DNA of 64,000 nucleotides from an uncultured Lactobacillus sp. (GTDB lineage Bacteria; Bacillota; Bacilli; Lactobacillales; Lactobacillaceae): NCBI GenBank assembly GCA_937874695.1, contig CALNAJ010000041.1, positions 1,458 to 65,457 of the forward strand, read 5' to 3'. Shown piece by piece: positions 59,930 to 64,000 of this stretch (position 1 is its first letter; each line of letters starts with the position of its first letter). The notes under the pieces were generated by a model. It saw only the letters and a program-made list of their open reading frames with translations, ran no database searches and was not told where the DNA came from. The position numbers and the translations under genes were made by a program.

Positions 59930-61489
59930 CTACGACTGCACTGGATGTTTAACCCAGCCAAATAGTTGCCGTAGTATCGTGAGCGATTGGCGAAATGATA
60001 GCGTCCCCAAGATTAGAAATGCTGGTAAATATTGAATCAGGTACCGACTTCGACCACCTTCAAACAGCAGTAAGAACATAAACGCCCCAATAATGGTGAG
60101 TCGCAGGACCTGGATAAATTTGTGCTGATCGCTCCAGCCAAAGAAGATGATGACTAGCCAGACAATCCACCAAGCCTGCGCTAAATAACGAAAATCACCC
60201 AACCGGGTTCCATACAAGTAGACAAATTCACGAATACTGCGCGCGAATCCGGTGCCCTTGGGTTTCGTACCATGTAAAATGAAATGACCTTCTTTGATCC
60301 AGGCAAAAGACCCATCAGCGCTGTTATTGCGTTGCTTTTTCACCAAGAAAGCCAGATAGCCTAAAAATCCACGTTGCTTCAGCCGCTTCAGATACATCTT
60401 TTTCGACCAATCCGCCCGTGATTTCTTTGTTGGCAACTGCGCCATCTTTAGCGCATCCTTAGCGTTATAGCCCCCATCCCCAGAAATTCCCATGCTCATG
60501 AAATGGACCGCCGGAATGGCACGCGCCGTATTAATTTTAATGTAGCGCTGCGTGTCGAGAACATGATTACCGGCAACGTAGGCGCCACCGCCAGCCATGC
60601 CGCTGACTAAGAGACAAGTGACAACAATGATTCCCTTGCGTCGGGTCAGTCCCTGCCAGTATTCTCGTCGAATCACCTGGAGCAGTTCGACTAAAACGAT
60701 AGCGATCAAGGCCACAATGGCGGACGGCTTCATGAAGTACGCGGCCGTCACGTTTAGTCCTAAGCCAACTGCGGCCAATAGCTTGAGTGACCAATGCCAC
60801 TGAGCATAACTCAGCACACAGTAACAGAAGATGTAGGCTGAAACGAACGGTAGGACCCAGGCATCGGTATAGGGCACGATGATCATGGGAAAGAGTGCCA
60901 GCCACCCAGCGTGAATGTACATGGCCGCCGGAACCTTGCTTCGGTCGATCACGGCAACGCTGAGGATATTAAACACGGCGGAGAGGTCCGTCAAGATCAG
61001 CGTGACCCAGTCAAAAAACAGCCAAGAGGTCGTGTGAAAGGCCGTCGCTAACCAGTGTTGGGCCAATAGAATCGGCAAGTTGTTCGAGTTTTGGCTAAAG
61101 TACGACATCGTATTAACATCCTTGGGATCAATCAGGGCCTCGTGAATGGCGTCCACATCAAAGCCAATGGCCGGATGCATGCACAACACAAAAACCACCT
61201 GCCAGACAACGGTCAGTAATAAAAGTGTGACCGCCGTCACAGCTTGGTGACGAACGAAGATCCATTTGAACACGCGTGACACCTGAGGATAAGCGAAACC
61301 CACAATCAGCGCGGTAATGGCCACAATAAATGCAATTGCCGTAACGACGGTCGTACCACTCCCGGTCTTGGCGTTGTCACCCAAAACCAAGTTGGCCGAG
61401 GTAATCGCGAAGTACGTGGTCAACCCAAAGAAGAAGTAAAACAGGCCCCGAATGAATCGGTTACCGTAATTAAATAACTGATGGTCCAT
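59930..61489 (-). CDS. large polytopic membrane protein, last gene of XrtG-type operon
   Basis: 519 aa, about 12 TM helices. ATG 61489 after GAAGGAGGAG. 76 nt downstream of the GT2 gene. Confidence 0.75.
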   Translation of the reverse strand: MDHQLFNYGNRFIRGLFYFFFGLTTYFAITSANLVLGDNAKTGSGTTVVTAIAFIVAITALIVGFAYPQVSRVFKWIFVRHQAVTAVTLLLLTVVWQVVFVLCMHPAIGFDVDAIHEALIDPKDVNTMSYFSQNSNNLPILLAQHWLATAFHTTSWLFFDWVTLILTDLSAVFNILSVAVIDRSKVPAAMYIHAGWLALFPMIIVPYTDAWVLPFVSAYIFCYCVLSYAQWHWSLKLLAAVGLGLNVTAAYFMKPSAIVALIAIVLVELLQVIRREYWQGLTRRKGIIVVTCLLVSGMAGGGAYVAGNHVLDTQRYIKINTARAIPAVHFMSMGISGDGGYNAKDALKMAQLPTKKSRADWSKKMYLKRLKQRGFLGYLAFLVKKQRNNSADGSFAWIKEGHFILHGTKPKGTGFARSIREFVYLYGTRLGDFRYLAQAWWIVWLVIIFFGWSDQHKFIQVLRLTIIGAFMFLLLFEGGRSRYLIQYLPAFLILGTLSFRQSLTILRQLFGWVKHPVQS

Positions 61490-61565
61490 TCCGTTCTCCT
61501 CCTTCACTGATTGTTGACCTAAGATAGCTATTGGTGCCCACCGCCACTGCATTGCCAGCTACGCT

Positions 61566-62915
61566 TTAGTTCCACTCGCTGCCCTTCTTGCTGCGCAGAT
61601 AATGCACATCGTGATGAACAACGTGTTTCGCCTCATGCGTTTCCGTTGAAAAGGTCGCCGTATTCCAGACACCGGGTAATGACATTGAGTTGATGACGCC
61701 CACTAGTCGAATCCAGGAAACAAAGAAATTATAGAGTGGCAGAGACCACACGACCCAACTAATGCTGTGATAGAATTTTCGTTCATTGGTAAATTTAGTC
61801 AGTAACCGTCCTACGCTGACATAATTGACTAGCGAGACGAAGACGTACAGGAGATAGATCACAATGTACGATAGCCCTAAGACGACGGGCGAGTACCGGA
61901 AGAATAGCAACACGATACTAGCAAACATCCAGATCATCTTGGGAAAAACGAAAGTGTGGTCGATAATCATGCGCCGAACCAAAAAGTTCTTAAAGAACTG
62001 GCCCAATTGCGCGTTTTGATGCATGTATTGCTTGGAGACTTCCAGCTCACCACGAATCCAACGCTGGCGCTGCTTGTAGAGCTGTTCCAATCCGGATAGT
62101 GGCTCGATGTAAAAGATGGCATCGGCACAGAGCATCACCTTGCGCTTCAGCCGTTGCCGTACTTGAAAGGTCATGTCGGTATCTTCGCCGACCGTATCTG
62201 TATTATACATAAAAGTATCTAACAGCGTGTCCTTACGAAAGGCTGAGAAAGCCCCCGACATCGTGAATAATTCGTTATTGTCCGATTCAATCGTCCGCCC
62301 GGACAAGAAAGCTTGGGCGTATTCAAAGTACTCCGTCTTCTGGAGGAAACGCAGCCAGCGGTCCTTGGTGCGTTTGATTTGATAGCGTTGCGTGAGAATT
62401 GTTCCCGTCATGGCGGCCAGATCGATGTCATTTTCAAAGTGCAGCACCATATTCATCAGTGCATTCTGTTCCAGGACACCGTCACTATCAATGTTGACGA
62501 TATAGGTGCCAATACACTGATAGATGGCCCCGTTCAGTGCCTTGGCTTTCCCCTGATCCGTCTGAATGAACTGCATGTTGAGATTGAAGTGATTCTGGGC
62601 CCGGGCAAAAGAGCTAAAGCTATCGTCCGTACTCTGATTATCAGCCAGTACGATCTGCATACTATCATTGGGATACGTCGAATCATTGATCGACTGCAGA
62701 CACGCAAAAAGCGTGTCCTCAGAATTGTAGACTGGCACGATAATCGAGATGAACGGTAATTTAGACGGCGCGGAAAGATCCTTAATGTGCCGACTTTGAC
62801 GCATCAAATGAAACGCCGAGATCAGCGATGGGATGATTTCAACAACAATGGGAATCAGGGCCCAGGTAATCCAAAAGCCCATTTGCGTTAGCGTTAAATT
62901 AATAAAGTAATTCAC
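61566..62915 (-). CDS. processive family-2 glycosyltransferase (PNAG/cellulose-synthase-like), XrtG-associated type
   Basis: ISIIVPVYNSED, NIDSDG, VGEDTDMT and QRQRW (QxxRW) motifs, flanked by TM helices. GTG 62915 is 6 nt after the xrtG stop. Confidence 0.85.
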   Translation of the reverse strand: MNYFINLTLTQMGFWITWALIPIVVEIIPSLISAFHLMRQSRHIKDLSAPSKLPFISIIVPVYNSEDTLFACLQSINDSTYPNDSMQIVLADNQSTDDSFSSFARAQNHFNLNMQFIQTDQGKAKALNGAIYQCIGTYIVNIDSDGVLEQNALMNMVLHFENDIDLAAMTGTILTQRYQIKRTKDRWLRFLQKTEYFEYAQAFLSGRTIESDNNELFTMSGAFSAFRKDTLLDTFMYNTDTVGEDTDMTFQVRQRLKRKVMLCADAIFYIEPLSGLEQLYKQRQRWIRGELEVSKQYMHQNAQLGQFFKNFLVRRMIIDHTFVFPKMIWMFASIVLLFFRYSPVVLGLSYIVIYLLYVFVSLVNYVSVGRLLTKFTNERKFYHSISWVVWSLPLYNFFVSWIRLVGVINSMSLPGVWNTATFSTETHEAKHVVHHDVHYLRSKKGSEWN

Positions 62916-62921
62916 GAATGG

Positions 62922-63518
62922 TTAACCTCTCGAAAAGCGTCGTTTGAAATTGGCATAGAGACTTTGCGACAATTGCGAATAGGTAAAAACATTGTAATAC
63001 AGCATGATGACCAACACATAGAAGACAATTCGGCCCAGAAGCGTGTGCGCCATAAAGTACCAACCGGCACCCCCGAAGTAGACCAACGAAACGACCAACA
63101 TTAAGCGAATCACGTTGGACAGGTAAATCCACAGGGCCCCCATGACCAAATAAAACACCTTCTCTTGACGACTATACGTCGGGAAGAAGGCCAAGAGCCC
63201 TATGAATGCCGTGGTCTCAATGATTCCGGAACATTCATAGTCAATCGACATCGTCACTGGATTCGTGCCGTTGCCAATATAAACAATGCCGTACTTCGTG
63301 AAGACCTGACACCAGTGTGTTAAGTCTCCCAGCGTGGACACGCCATTGATGACTAAATGGGTCATAAACCACACCCAATATGGGTTGCCCAACGCAATTA
63401 GGATAAAGAACAGGCCAACGCTGCCCGCGATAAAGTAATACGCGGAAAGGTGGGCCCGTTTTAACACCGAAATAACGTAGAGCCACCCGATAATACCCAA
63501 TAACAGGTAGCTACTCAT
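62922..63518 (-). CDS. xrtG: exosortase-family transpeptidase, XrtG-like
   Basis: 198-aa polytopic protein carrying the exosortase/archaeosortase Cys-Arg-His signature in order: DYECSGIIE, LSNVIRLM, FMAHTLLGR. ATG abuts the upstream stop (TAGATG). Confidence 0.75.
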   Translation of the reverse strand: MSSYLLLGIIGWLYVISVLKRAHLSAYYFIAGSVGLFFILIALGNPYWVWFMTHLVINGVSTLGDLTHWCQVFTKYGIVYIGNGTNPVTMSIDYECSGIIETTAFIGLLAFFPTYSRQEKVFYLVMGALWIYLSNVIRLMLVVSLVYFGGAGWYFMAHTLLGRIVFYVLVIMLYYNVFTYSQLSQSLYANFKRRFSRG

Positions 63519-64000
63519 CTAAGCATTCCTCTGTTTTTTCGATTTAGATTTTGTTTTGATAAATGTGCCAGCGCCTCCCAGTGCAATCACCATGCCAATA
63601 CCGGCTAGAATGAAGGGACCCGTTGAGCCACCGGTTGCCGTCAGCGTTTGCGTCCCCAAATTGGCATTCTTCATAGTAATCGTCTGTGAGCCACCAGCGA
63701 CCTTGAGCTCGCTCAATGGAATCCTAGCTTCCATGATGTCGTTGTGACCATTAGCTGTCTTGTAACGGTGAACCTTCATCGTCGCCTGGCTGAGATCGCC
63801 ACTACCACCATTTTCACTGTTCCAAGCATTGACCGTCCCAGAAACCGTCGTGTCATCAGACAACGTCCCATCCGTCTTGAACGTCACGTAAAACGTCTTG
63901 CTACCAACATTCAAGACATATCCGGATGGTTGCAAGGTGCTGTACCCGCCACCATGTTCCGGTGACATATTGAGATAAAAGTAAATGTTGTCATCATCCG
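63519..64000 (-). CDS. putative XrtG cargo with Firmicu-CTERM-like sorting signal; 5' end outside window
   Basis: The frame stays open past the track's ATG 63968 to the window edge. C-terminus TATGGSTGP, then hydrophobic FILAGIGMVIALGGAGTFI, then KTKSKSKKQRNA. Confidence 0.7.
   Translation of the reverse strand, partial: DDDNIYFYLNMSPEHGGGYSTLQPSGYVLNVGSKTFYVTFKTDGTLSDDTTVSGTVNAWNSENGGSGDLSQATMKVHRYKTANGHNDIMEARIPLSELKVAGGSQTITMKNANLGTQTLTATGGSTGPFILAGIGMVIALGGAGTFIKTKSKSKKQRNA

Noticed and set aside
1-64000. Prophage, integrative element, IS, or defence island (restriction-modification, abortive infection, toxin-antitoxin pairs)
   Set aside because: I found no integrase, transposase, recombinase, phage structural, methyltransferase or nuclease-NTPase gene pairs in any frame. 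The single tRNA gene is not flanked by direct repeats or foreign-looking genes.

Overview
About 50% GC chromosomal segment. Gene content suggests a Lactobacillaceae-type Firmicute (inference): T-box(Met)-controlled metQNI, an LPXTG adhesin, a choloylglycine hydrolase, lipoate ligase with an orphan GcvH, and a GH25 muramidase. I support about 66 protein genes, more than 80% on the minus strand, plus one tRNA-Arg(TCT). Many ORF-track starts were trimmed to Shine-Dalgarno (SD)-supported internal starts. I found no rRNA, CRISPR, transposase, integrase or prophage genes. Most of the window is housekeeping or accessory metabolism: BCCT transporter, codA, mutY, two tag paralogs, sbcDC, two orphan OppA-type binding proteins, a GH3 beta-glucosidase, MFS and ABC exporters with TetR/MarR/MerR regulators. 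Items worth a second look, in my order of interest: (1) at the right edge, an exosortase-G (XrtG)-type operon comprising a Firmicu-CTERM-like cargo, xrtG, a processive GT2 (QxxRW) synthase and a large polytopic membrane protein; this class is known only from comparative genomics. (2) A modular, BOX-like intergenic repeat family, with five clear copies plus fragments within 26 kb and compensatory base changes in predicted stems. (3) A roughly 290-nt leader upstream of an orphan OppA-family gene, containing an SD-preceded 34-codon Cys-rich mini-ORF buried in a long hairpin and followed by a strong intrinsic terminator. (4) A secreted R-S-ExE ADP-ribosyltransferase-like protein. (5) A yegTUV-like operon (ADP-ribosylglycohydrolase family, NCS1 permease, PfkB kinase). 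All functional calls come from motif recognition by eye; no database search was run.
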